DNA of 64,000 nt from Candidatus Eiseniibacteriota bacterium (GTDB lineage: Bacteria > Eisenbacteria > RBG-16-71-46): positions 4,064,001-4,128,000 of the forward strand of contig OY970342.1 of the NCBI GenBank assembly GCA_963717505.1, written 5' to 3'. The first letter of the stretch is position 1; each line of letters starts with the position of its first letter. This document shows, in pieces, positions 31,585-40,542 of this stretch. The position numbers were made by a program, and so were the translations under genes. The notes beneath the pieces were generated by a model. The model was not told the origin of the DNA. It did not search any database and saw only the letters and a program-made list of their open reading frames with translations.

Positions 31585-34290
31585 ATGATTGGCGTCAAGC
31601 GCTCTGCCGCTCCGCGGTTCGCCTCGAGCATCCTGCTCCTCATCGCAATCCTCTTCTCGACCACCTCGCACGCGCAGATCCTGCGCGAGAACTTCTGGGC
31701 GCCCGACGGCAACGTCTACGCGATGGCGATTTCGGGGAACACGCTGTACCTGGGCGGGTTCTTCACGCAGGTGGGGCCCGCAACCGGGGCGGGAGTGGTC
31801 TTGAATGCCACGACCGGCGCCGCCGTCCAGCCCTATCCCATGGTCTTGGGAGACGTAAGAGCAGTTGCCCCCGACGGCAGCGGGGGATGGTTCATTGGCG
31901 GGGACTTCACCCATGTGCGCGGAGTGGCCCGGCAGAATCTCGCCCAGCTCGATGCGGCCGGTAACGTGACGTCCTGGAATCCGGGCGCCGACGGCGAGGT
32001 CCCCGTGATGGAAATCAGCGGAACCACACTGTACGTTGCTGGTTACTTCACGAACGTGGGCGGTCAGGCGCGTAACAACCTTGCCGCGCTCAGCACGACC
32101 ACCGGGAATGCCACGTCGTGGAATCCCGAACCCGACGGAAGCGTCGAAGCGATCGAGATCAGCGGAACTACCGTGTACGTTGGCGGAACGTTCAACAACA
32201 TCGGAGGCGAGGCACGAAGCTACCTGGCGGCGCTCAGTGCCTCGACGGGAAGCGCGACGGCCTGGAATCCCGATCCGAACGACGTGGTGAACGCGATCGC
32301 CGTCAGCGGGAGCACGGTCTATGTCGGAGGTGCCTTCACCTTCATTGGCGGACAAGACCGCAACTACCTGGCTGCCCTCAGCACCTCGACCGGAAATGCA
32401 ACATCGTGGAACCCCGATCCGGACAGCGCCCCCTATGCGGTGGCCGTGAGCGGGAGCACGGTCTATGCGGGTGGATACTTCGAGTTCATCGGAGGGCAAT
32501 CACGGAGCTTCATCGCTGCACTGAGCGCCTCGACAGGAAATGCCACCGCTTGGAACCCCGGCGCCAACGGCTACGTCTACGACCTCGAAGTCAGCGGGAC
32601 GACCATCTACGCGGACGGTGACTTCACCAACATCGGCGGTCAGCATCGCAATGGCATTGCGGAGCTGAGCGCCAGCACCGGGAACGCCACGAGCTGGAAC
32701 CCCATGGTGAGCGGCTACGTGCACACCTTCGCCGTGAGCGGGGGATTCGTGTTCGCCGGCGGCAGCATCGGGGGCGCAGGGGGCGTGGCGAGGGCGAACC
32801 TCGCCGCGCTGGACCTGACCACCGGTGTTGCGACCGCGTGGAATCCCGGAGCGGACGACTACGTCAACGTGATCGAGCTGGCGGGAGGTACGGCCTACGT
32901 GGCCGGTGCGTTCACCACCGTGGGCGGGCTTCCGCGCGAAGGCCTGGCGGCGATCAATGCCGCTTCCGGCGCCGTCACCGGATGGAACCCGAGCCCGGGC
33001 CGTGACGGAGTGGTCGTGGACCTCGAGGAATCCGGCGGGACGATTTTCGTTGGCGGCGCCTTCACCACCATTGGCGGGCAGGCGCGCGACAGACTCGCGG
33101 CCATCGATGCGGCCAGCGGCATCGTGACGGCCTGGAACCCGGGTGCCGACAACGACGTCACCGATCTCCTCGCGGCCGGTGGAATGCTGCTCGCGGGCGG
33201 CTACTTCTCGCACATCGGGGGGGATTCGCGATGGTACTTGGCCGCCATTGATCCGGTGACCGGCTCTCTCGCCTCGTGGAACACGAACGCGAATAGCTGG
33301 GTGAACGTCCTTTTCGCCAACGGCAGCACGGTGTACGCGGGCGGCAACTTCACGGTGATCGGAGCGGGATGGCCCTACGATGGTGGCGACCCCTTTGCTC
33401 GAAATCACATTGCGGCCCTCGACGTGATCACGGGTGAGGTCGGGCCCTGGGCTCCGGATATCGACGGCCCGGTGCAGTCGGTGGCGGTGAGCGACGGCAC
33501 GATCTACGTGGCCGGAGATTTCTTCAGCGTCGGCGGTGAATACCATGAGGGCGTCGCAGCCATCGACCCGTATTCCGGTAGCCCCTTGCCTTGGGACCCG
33601 GGGCTTTTCGGGACGGCCTACCGCGTGGCTGCCGCCAATGGATCCGTCATCGTTGCTGGTTCCTTCTTCAGAGTTGGACTGCACCCAAGGCCGAATCTCG
33701 CCGTCTTCTCGGACATTCCTACCGCAGCGTTGCTCGCGCGGTTCGACGCCGCAGCGATCGGCACCGGGATCGAGCTGCACTGGCGGTTCGGCAACCCCAG
33801 CCAGTTCATGGGCTGGGAGCTGGAGCGGAGCGCCGCGAGCAGCGGACCGTGGCAGCCCGTGACCGTCGAGTCGAGCGAGTCCGACGGCGGCACGGTCGCT
33901 CTCGATCGCAGCGTGGACGGGGGTGCGACCTACTGGTACCGGCTGCGTGCCTGGGATGGCGCCGGCAAGGTCACCTACTTCGGCCCCCTCTCGGCGACCG
34001 CGGGAACAACCAGCGCAGGTTTCGCGCTGGGACGCGTGGCGCCGAACCCGAGCGACGAGCCCACGCGCATCGACTTCGTGGTGGGGCGGAAGGCGCCGGT
34101 GCGGCTCAGCGTCGTGGACATCCAGGGCCGCGATGTGGCGGTGCTGGTGGACGGCGAGCAACCGGCGGGGAGCCACCAGGCGACCTGGACTGGCGAGGGA
34201 AGGAGCGGCCGAGTGGCGCCCGGGCTCTACTTCATCCGCTACGAGGCGATCGGAGAATCGTGGTCGAAGCGCGTGGTGCGATCGCGTTAA
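31585..34290 (+). CDS. Secreted beta-propeller repeat protein with FlgD-Ig C-terminal domain
   Basis: Signal peptide; more than 10 repeats of about 47 aa (WNP..D..V..L..SG.TVY.GG.F..IGG..R..LAAL...TG); CTD APNP...DIQGR...W.G...PGLYFIR. Confidence 0.88.
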   Translation: MIGVKRSAAPRFASSILLLIAILFSTTSHAQILRENFWAPDGNVYAMAISGNTLYLGGFFTQVGPATGAGVVLNATTGAAVQPYPMVLGDVRAVAPDGSGGWFIGGDFTHVRGVARQNLAQLDAAGNVTSWNPGADGEVPVMEISGTTLYVAGYFTNVGGQARNNLAALSTTTGNATSWNPEPDGSVEAIEISGTTVYVGGTFNNIGGEARSYLAALSASTGSATAWNPDPNDVVNAIAVSGSTVYVGGAFTFIGGQDRNYLAALSTSTGNATSWNPDPDSAPYAVAVSGSTVYAGGYFEFIGGQSRSFIAALSASTGNATAWNPGANGYVYDLEVSGTTIYADGDFTNIGGQHRNGIAELSASTGNATSWNPMVSGYVHTFAVSGGFVFAGGSIGGAGGVARANLAALDLTTGVATAWNPGADDYVNVIELAGGTAYVAGAFTTVGGLPREGLAAINAASGAVTGWNPSPGRDGVVVDLEESGGTIFVGGAFTTIGGQARDRLAAIDAASGIVTAWNPGADNDVTDLLAAGGMLLAGGYFSHIGGDSRWYLAAIDPVTGSLASWNTNANSWVNVLFANGSTVYAGGNFTVIGAGWPYDGGDPFARNHIAALDVITGEVGPWAPDIDGPVQSVAVSDGTIYVAGDFFSVGGEYHEGVAAIDPYSGSPLPWDPGLFGTAYRVAAANGSVIVAGSFFRVGLHPRPNLAVFSDIPTAALLARFDAAAIGTGIELHWRFGNPSQFMGWELERSAASSGPWQPVTVESSESDGGTVALDRSVDGGATYWYRLRAWDGAGKVTYFGPLSATAGTTSAGFALGRVAPNPSDEPTRIDFVVGRKAPVRLSVVDIQGRDVAVLVDGEQPAGSHQATWTGEGRSGRVAPGLYFIRYEAIGESWSKRVVRSR

Positions 34291-34327
34291 GAATTGTTTC
34301 GGCTGAAGCTCGCGAGGACCCGTAACG

Positions 34328-36994
34328 CTACATATCGAAGTAGTAGGTGACCTTGGCGAGGAACACGTTGTCGGCGTCGGCGTCCAACAGCCGGGTGGCG
34401 TTGGCGTTCATGTTGAACACGCCGGTGTCCTCGAAGTCGGTGCGCTCCTGGGTCCACACCAGATAGAGGGTCGATCCGGGCATGTACTCCCAGCGGAACA
34501 CGGCGTTGCCGCGCAGTGACTTGAAGTTGAAGTCCGGGTTCGTTGGCAGGTCGCTCGAGCCCGGGTAGGGCGTGCCCAGGTAGTCGTACTCGGCGAAGTC
34601 GTAGCTCTTGGGCCTGGCGAGCGACTTGAACTCGTAGTAGTCGCCCGACGAGATCAGCGGCTGGACATAGGTCTGCAGGCTGACGTTGGGCGTGAAGGCC
34701 CAGTTGAGCCGGATGTTGGCGACCAGCGTCTTCTGGTCCAGCTCGGCGAAGACGTAGCGCCGGCCGTAGGTGCCGCTGGCCCCGGGGTCGTCGAACTGGT
34801 CGACGTACTGCACGTCCTGGATCACCCGCTCGAATCCCGGCCCCACGCGCAGCGTGACGTTCGAGACCGGCTTCCACTCGATGCCGGGGAAGACGTTCCA
34901 CTCGTACGACTGGTTCTCGGGCTGCGAGTAGGTGTAGCCCTCGATGAAGTAGAAGAGCTTCGCCTTGCCGTCGGTGTCGTAGTAGGTGTAGGTCTCGAAG
35001 CCGGGCTTGTTGAGGGTCAAGGGGCCGCCACGCGTGCGCCGGTTGTTGGTCGTGCCCGGGTTGTAGGCGAACTTGTACTCGAGCGAATGGTTGTTGGCGA
35101 ACTCGGTGAAGCCGCCGCCCCACACGCCCCCCCAGACCACGTTGCCCTGAAAGTCGGCGCTGCTGAAGACCGCGCCGATGATGTCCTGGTACTTCGTCAC
35201 TTTGTTGGTCTCGGTCCACTTGTAGCCGCCGCCGGCGTGGCCGTTGACGACGTCGGCGCGTGACATGAAGCCCATGTCGTTGACGTCGAACTTGGGGGTC
35301 ATGAAGCCGAGCGCCGCGTTGCCGAACACGTTCCCTTTTTGCTTGTTCAGCCACAGCCGCGTGCCGTAGCCGGTGAGCGAGGTCGCGCCCGGCTCCATGC
35401 GGTACCAGTCGTTGTCCGGTGCGTCGGGACGCTGCAGGTAGTGCTGCGAGTTCTGCTGCAACCCGGTGATGCGCTCCTCGGTGCCGGTCACGTGGGACAG
35501 CGCGGACCAGCCGGAGATTACCCACTGCTGGTCTTTGTCGAGGAAGAACCAGCCGTCGAGACCGGTCATGAACGACTGGCCGTTGAGCTCGGACTCCAGG
35601 CGCGCCGCGTCGCCGTCGAAGTTGCGCACCGCCGCACTCGCCATCAGGCCCAGCCCCTGCTGGCGGTTCTTGAACTCCTTCTGCGTGCGCAGCACGCCGT
35701 AGTAGGCGAGCGGCTCGACCACGGCCTCCGAGCTGAGGCCGCTGCTGTAGAGATCCGCAGTCTCCTCCGCCGTCACCGCGTGCAGCGTGCCGAAGTTCCA
35801 GGACGGAGCGACCTTGCCGATCAGCTTGCCGGCGCCGAGGATGCTGGTCCCCACCGGGACGTCGGAGTACTCGGCGTCGGGGACGCTGCCCTGGACGCCG
35901 CGGCCGATGCGGCGGCTGTAGAAGAACGTCGGCTCCGGCCAATTGAACCCCCAGTAGCTGTCGGCGCCCTCGTTGCCGAAGCGGAAGACCGACGAGCCTT
36001 CGACGAAGAACGGCCGCTTCTCCTGGAAGAACGTCTCGACGTCGCTGAGGTTGACCACCGCGGGGTCGACCTCGACCTGACCGAAGTCCGGGTTGACCGT
36101 GGCGTTGAGCGTGAGCCGGCTGCCGACCGCCATGCGCAGATCGAGGCCGCCGTCAGGGATGTAGCGCGAACCGTCGTTGAAAGGGTCGCCGGCGTCGGTC
36201 TGCAGGTACTCGGCCTTCTGCGTGAAGTACGGGATGAGCTCGATCGAGCGTCCAGGCGAGACGCGCTCGATCCCCACCAGGTCGGGGAAGCGCGAGACGA
36301 AGCCGGCCTCCTTCTTGGGCTGGTAGACGAGGAAGTCCTCTTCCGTGTGGCGCTCGATCCGGCGCCGGAAGTTCACACCCCAGCGGTACGAGTCAGCCTT
36401 CGAGAAACGGAGCTGCGAGTACGGGATCCGCATCTCCACGGTCCAACCCTGGTCGTCGACCTTGGCCTTCGCATCCCACACACCGTCCCACGACGCGTCC
36501 TCGGCGCCGTCGTTGGACAGCGTGCCGTCGAACAGCGTGCCGGCGCAGTTGACGAGGAAGTAGTAGCCGCTGCGCCGGTCGTAATAGGGGTCGAGGTAGA
36601 TCGAGAAGCGGTCGGCCGGGATCGAGACGTCGCGACGCGTGAGCCGCACCAGCAGCGATTCGGGGGCCGTGTCGTAGCAGCGAGCACCCACGTAGAGCGC
36701 ATCATCGTCATAGGCGAGGCGGACCTCGGTCTTCTGGCTCGGCGTGCCTCCCTCGTGGGGGTCGCGCTGCTTGAACTCGGTGACGGCATTTCCGTTCTGC
36801 CAGACCGGCTCGTTGAGCTGGCCGTCGACCGAGACCGCCTCGGACAGACGCACGGCGACGACCGGCGGGTGGCTGTTGCGCGAGGCGCCGTTGCCATTCG
36901 GCGGGGTTGCGATCTTGGTGCCGAGCGAGTCGGCCGCGTACGCGGCGCCGCACAGGACCAGCATCGCAGCGAAGGTGAGGAGGGGAAGCTTCAT
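34328..36994 (-). CDS. DUF5916 outer-membrane protein with N-terminal CBM9-like domain
   Basis: DGQLNEPVW, YDDDALYV, WTVEMRIPYSQLRF, NATVNPDFGQVEVDPAVVNLS, LRGNAVFRWEY.PGSTLYLVW. Confidence 0.88.
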   Translation of the reverse strand: MKLPLLTFAAMLVLCGAAYAADSLGTKIATPPNGNGASRNSHPPVVAVRLSEAVSVDGQLNEPVWQNGNAVTEFKQRDPHEGGTPSQKTEVRLAYDDDALYVGARCYDTAPESLLVRLTRRDVSIPADRFSIYLDPYYDRRSGYYFLVNCAGTLFDGTLSNDGAEDASWDGVWDAKAKVDDQGWTVEMRIPYSQLRFSKADSYRWGVNFRRRIERHTEEDFLVYQPKKEAGFVSRFPDLVGIERVSPGRSIELIPYFTQKAEYLQTDAGDPFNDGSRYIPDGGLDLRMAVGSRLTLNATVNPDFGQVEVDPAVVNLSDVETFFQEKRPFFVEGSSVFRFGNEGADSYWGFNWPEPTFFYSRRIGRGVQGSVPDAEYSDVPVGTSILGAGKLIGKVAPSWNFGTLHAVTAEETADLYSSGLSSEAVVEPLAYYGVLRTQKEFKNRQQGLGLMASAAVRNFDGDAARLESELNGQSFMTGLDGWFFLDKDQQWVISGWSALSHVTGTEERITGLQQNSQHYLQRPDAPDNDWYRMEPGATSLTGYGTRLWLNKQKGNVFGNAALGFMTPKFDVNDMGFMSRADVVNGHAGGGYKWTETNKVTKYQDIIGAVFSSADFQGNVVWGGVWGGGFTEFANNHSLEYKFAYNPGTTNNRRTRGGPLTLNKPGFETYTYYDTDGKAKLFYFIEGYTYSQPENQSYEWNVFPGIEWKPVSNVTLRVGPGFERVIQDVQYVDQFDDPGASGTYGRRYVFAELDQKTLVANIRLNWAFTPNVSLQTYVQPLISSGDYYEFKSLARPKSYDFAEYDYLGTPYPGSSDLPTNPDFNFKSLRGNAVFRWEYMPGSTLYLVWTQERTDFEDTGVFNMNANATRLLDADADNVFLAKVTYYFDM

Positions 36995-37037
36995 CGTCGT
37001 CCACCTGGGTAGGTCGGCGCAGGGTTGACGCCCCTTG

Positions 37038-37064
37038 GACGGGAGCAACCCGGAAAAGGTTGGC
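37038..37064 (-). promoter_or_regulatory. Candidate ECF-sigma promoter of the DUF5916 gene
   Basis: Minus strand gccAAC-N17-CGTC. Confidence 0.4.
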
Positions 37065-37129
37065 TCCGCATCCGGGGCCGGGGCCCACCGCGGTGGGGCA
37101 CTGTGGAGATCGGCGAGGCGACGGTGCGG

Positions 37130-37729
37130 TCAGGAGCGACGAACGGGGGGATTCGAACGACGAGTGACGCCGGCCGGGGGACCTTTCGCAGTCTCGAGGC
37201 TTTCCTCGACCACGCGCCGCGAGTTCCTGGTCAATCTCCGGATCACCTGTTCGTGTCGCGGGAAGCGAGCCAAGAGCTCGTCACGTGAAGGCAACTCGAA
37301 GTCCGCGAATTCGAACCCCGGTGTCACCGTGCATCCGCAAAGTGCGAAGCGGGGGCCTCGCGCAATCGCCGCCTGATACGTGTCGGCCGGCACCACGATC
37401 TGTGGACGCTCGCCCTGCTCGATTTCGGGGCCGAGGATGGCAACTCGGTGATCTCCCTCGGGCACGATCATGTGGATCTCGACCGGATCTCCGCCGTAGT
37501 GATGCCACAGTTCGTCCGATTCGCGAATCCTATGAAACGCGGAGAACTCGCCGGCGGGCAGGAGAAAGTAGATAGCCGTCGACGCGGCTCGACTCGTTCC
37601 GTCCGGACCCGGGGCCAGCCGTCGCGATGATCGAAATGTCTCGCGGAAGAAGCCTCCCTCGGGGTGAGGCTTCAACTTCAGTGCCTCGACCATACGCTTC
37701 ACACCGGCGTTTCCTGCCGGATCAGCCAT
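37130..37729 (-). CDS. Cupin, DUF985 family
   Basis: LKPHPEGGFFRET, STAIYFLL, FHRI..SDELWH, GCTVTPGFEFADFEL. Confidence 0.92.
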   Translation of the reverse strand: MADPAGNAGVKRMVEALKLKPHPEGGFFRETFRSSRRLAPGPDGTSRAASTAIYFLLPAGEFSAFHRIRESDELWHHYGGDPVEIHMIVPEGDHRVAILGPEIEQGERPQIVVPADTYQAAIARGPRFALCGCTVTPGFEFADFELPSRDELLARFPRHEQVIRRLTRNSRRVVEESLETAKGPPAGVTRRSNPPVRRS

Positions 37730-37765
37730 CCCTCACACCTCGTCATTCCAACTCGCGTGATAACA

Positions 37766-37785
37766 AACTGTCCGTACGGACAGTT
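37766..37785. promoter_or_regulatory. Perfect 20-bp palindrome, candidate operator
   Basis: AACTGTCCGTACGGACAGTT in a divergent intergenic region. Confidence 0.6.
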
Positions 37786-37790
37786 CCATT

Positions 37791-37838
37791 AGGCGACCCT
37801 AACACGACTCGCTCTGGAGCGAGTCGCCTGAGGCAAGC
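37791..37838. repeat. Bulged hairpin element, copy B
   Basis: CTAACAC-gactc-GCTCTGGAGC-N10-AGGCAAGC; stem CGACTCGCTC-TG-GAGCGAGTCG. Confidence 0.5.
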
Positions 37839-37863
37839 GAATGCACGATGCTCACGGTTCAGT

Positions 37864-38367
37864 ATGACCATTGATCCTCAGCACACTGGCCGCCTGGTCG
37901 CCGAGTTGTTCCTGGCACATTCTCCGGGGTTGTTCGCCGAGCTCGAGCGATCCTCGCTCTGGCGTTCGGCCGCGGTCGGTGGTCGTGCAACTGCCGAGCG
38001 CGAGTGGGAGGCATTCGCGCTCTACGCCTGCGTGCGCGGACTGGTCGCCGGCGCCGGGTTCAATCGCGAGACCGCGGACGCGCTCGACGCGATGCACGAG
38101 GCCGTGCTCGATCACTGGCGACGTGAGCCCTCCGGCGACAATACCGACGAACGATTCGCGCGCATCGCCGAACGGCACGCCGAGTACGGCGCCATCGGCC
38201 AGGCCGGTGGCAAGTCCGGGGCGGCGACCGTCATCGCACGGCTGGGCGAGGCCGCCGCCCGCCACATGACCGGCGGGGTCGCAGGGCCGGAGCTGGCCGG
38301 GCTGATCGGGGACCTCCACGAAACCCTGGCCGAGAGCGTCGCCGAAAAAGCCCGCGAAGCTTCCTAG
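37864..38367 (+). CDS. Hypothetical helical protein
   Basis: Protein-like ORF (REWEAFALYACVRGLV); start set at MTIDPQH. Confidence 0.65.
   Translation: MTIDPQHTGRLVAELFLAHSPGLFAELERSSLWRSAAVGGRATAEREWEAFALYACVRGLVAGAGFNRETADALDAMHEAVLDHWRREPSGDNTDERFARIAERHAEYGAIGQAGGKSGAATVIARLGEAAARHMTGGVAGPELAGLIGDLHETLAESVAEKAREAS
38324..38345 (+). repeat. 22-bp direct repeat, copy 1 (in the 3' end of the 37864 gene)
   Basis: CCCTGGCCGAGAGCGTCGCCGA, identical to 39201-39222. Confidence 0.85.
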
Positions 38368-38533
38368 GTGTGACGTCTAAGCACGCGCGGCCTCGGGACG
38401 GCAGTTTTGGCCGAGTCCAGCTGACGGACTGCAAGGTCGCATTCTTCATCGCGCCTCTGGTTGCGACTCGCTTTGCACCGTGCGTGTGAAGGATGTAGCG
38501 TCTCCGTCCCCAATAACCTGAAAGGAGCTTCTC

Positions 38534-39151
38534 ATGCGCAAGCTCGGTCCCAATTCGTCGAACCTGCTGATCCCGTGCGCGCTTTTCGGAACGTTGCTGA
38601 TGCTCGGAGCGTGCCAGAGCAAAGAGCCTGCTCCGCAACCGGCTGCGTCGGTCGCGCCGACCCACGCCACGATCTCGAACGAATTCTCCGCTACGGCCGC
38701 GGTCGTCGCGGTAGATGCCAAGACGCGGGTCGTGACGCTCCGCCACGAGGACGGTAGCCTGACGCAGGTCAAGTGCGGCGATGCCGTGCAAAACTTCGCT
38801 CAGATCGCGGCTGGCGACACGCTGCACATCCGATACACGGAAACGCTGGAAGCGACGCTGCGCCCCGCGGGCGAGACCGCGGAGCCGGCCACAGCCGCGG
38901 GGGCCGTGGTCAGCGGCGAGCCCGGCGCGTCGCCCGCCGGAGGCGTGGGAGCCACGATCAGCGTGCGCGTCAAGATCGAGTCGCTCGACCTCGAGCGCGA
39001 CATCGTGGTCTTCTCCCTCGCGTCCGGCGAGCTCTCCGCACGTCGCGTCGTCACGTCGGAGGGTCGTGATTTCGTGAAGGGCCTGAAGATCGGGGACACG
39101 GTGCAACTCGACTACACCGAGGTGCTCGCGCTGGCGATCGAAAAGGTGTAG
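38534..39151 (+). CDS. Lipoprotein with two OB-fold-like repeats
   Basis: Lipobox LMLGAC; VVAVDAKTRVVTL..GDTL and IESLDLERDIVVF..GDTV; AAGGAG RBS. Confidence 0.8.
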   Translation: MRKLGPNSSNLLIPCALFGTLLMLGACQSKEPAPQPAASVAPTHATISNEFSATAAVVAVDAKTRVVTLRHEDGSLTQVKCGDAVQNFAQIAAGDTLHIRYTETLEATLRPAGETAEPATAAGAVVSGEPGASPAGGVGATISVRVKIESLDLERDIVVFSLASGELSARRVVTSEGRDFVKGLKIGDTVQLDYTEVLALAIEKV

Positions 39152-39200
39152 CGCAGAGCGGGCTCGGCCCCGGCTCCGCGAACGCGAGCGCGGCGACAAC

Positions 39201-39222
39201 CCCTGGCCGAGAGCGTCGCCGA
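39201..39222 (+). repeat. 22-bp direct repeat, copy 2 (intergenic)
   Basis: Identical to 38324-38345; continues in the same frame as LAESVADAVR...*. Confidence 0.85.
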
Positions 39223-39297
39223 CGCGGTTCGCGGGGGTCCTGCAGGGCATCGAGTGTGGGAGTGATGCGTGACGGCGCCTCTGCCGATCTACAACTC

Positions 39298-40542
39298 ATG
39301 CTTGAGGATGCCATCGAGGTTACTCGAGGTGGGTCAGAGCAAGTCCCCGCCCTGATCTTCGGCGCGCATATTGCGGCGCTCGGGGTCCTCCGGGTTCTCT
39401 CTACCCGGGGGATCCCGTGCTACGTCGTGGACGAGACGTCCAACATCATCACGGGATCTCGCTGGTACCGGCCCGCGGAGCGGAAGCTGGCAGAGACGTA
39501 CGACAGCGGCGTTCTTGCCGAGTACCTCCAGTCCCTACGCCTGCCGCGCGCCGTTCTCATCCCCTGCAGCGACAACTGGTCGCTGGCGGTGTCCGGTCTT
39601 CCGGCGGCGATGCGCGAGCGATTCCTGACCAGCATTCCCCCGCACGAGACGGTCCAGACGTTCGTCGACAAGGACCGATTCAGAGCTCTCGTCGAACGGC
39701 TCGATATCCCACGTCCACGTTCCATTCCCCTCCGTGGCCCCGAGGACCTCGAGCACTTTACCGACGACCAGCTCAGGAATGCCTTCTTCAAGCCGACCGA
39801 GCCGCAGCTCCATCAGGCGCACTTCGGGACAAAGGGATCTTTCGTGGAATCGCGTCAGGCTGCGGAACGCCTCATGAGGGTGGCGAGCGCGGCAGGGATC
39901 TCGTTTCTCGTGCAGGAGTGGATCGCGGGGAACATGGCGGCGACTGTCCTGGTCGAGGGGTTCGTGGACCACAATGGGAGGATCGTGGGTATGGTGGCGC
40001 GACGCCGCCTCCGCGTGGCTCCGCCGATGATCGGCAACACCGTCTCGTCTGTGACGATCCCGCTCTCCGAGGTCGAGGGCGCCCTTCCCGGTCTCCGTCG
40101 CCTCCTGGCCGAGACCCGCTATCGTGGCGGCTTCAACGTCGAGTTCAAGTTCGACGTGCGCGATGGGGCGTTCAAGATCCTCGAACTGAACGCGCGACCG
40201 GCTTGGTACGTCGCGACCATAGCGAGCGCCGGTCTGGACATCCCCTGGTCGATCTACCTCGATGCCCAGGGGCTCCCCGTCGAGTCTCCGGCGGTGTACC
40301 GCGCGGGGCGCTACGGCCTCTACGAGTTTCGGGACGCTGTCGCGCTGATGAGGTACGTGAAGGCGCTCCGCCTTCCCGAGGGAGCGGTTCTTGGACCGTG
40401 GATCTGGGGAGACCACACCGTGTTCTGGTGGAGCGATCCCATGCCGGCGCTCAAGGGGATGTGGCAGATCCTCGAGCGCCGTTTGGGCCCCGCGCTCGGC
40501 AGACCCCAGCGTCCGGGCAGCGAAGGCAACGGGGTTATTTGA
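39298..40542 (+). CDS. ATP-grasp carboxylate-amine ligase (D-aspartate-ligase-like)
   Basis: LIPCSD, DKDRF, FFKP, LVQEWI.G, NVEFKFD.RDG.FKILELNAR; start could be 39256. Confidence 0.85.
   Translation: MLEDAIEVTRGGSEQVPALIFGAHIAALGVLRVLSTRGIPCYVVDETSNIITGSRWYRPAERKLAETYDSGVLAEYLQSLRLPRAVLIPCSDNWSLAVSGLPAAMRERFLTSIPPHETVQTFVDKDRFRALVERLDIPRPRSIPLRGPEDLEHFTDDQLRNAFFKPTEPQLHQAHFGTKGSFVESRQAAERLMRVASAAGISFLVQEWIAGNMAATVLVEGFVDHNGRIVGMVARRRLRVAPPMIGNTVSSVTIPLSEVEGALPGLRRLLAETRYRGGFNVEFKFDVRDGAFKILELNARPAWYVATIASAGLDIPWSIYLDAQGLPVESPAVYRAGRYGLYEFRDAVALMRYVKALRLPEGAVLGPWIWGDHTVFWWSDPMPALKGMWQILERRLGPALGRPQRPGSEGNGVI

Noticed and set aside
31900-33300. Periodic nucleotide repeats (TGGAA[CT]CC) resembling an array
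   Set aside because: In-frame WNP propeller repeats of a protein; not CRISPR, and no cas genes.
31364-34525. DGR template/variable repeat pair
   Set aside because: The 8 mismatches are not adenine-specific on either strand, and no reverse transcriptase is present.
31302-37863. Integron attC sites (CTAAC..., TTAGGC)
   Set aside because: No properly spaced RYYYAAC...GTTRRRY pair, the elements are too short, and there is no integrase; kept only as unexplained hairpins.
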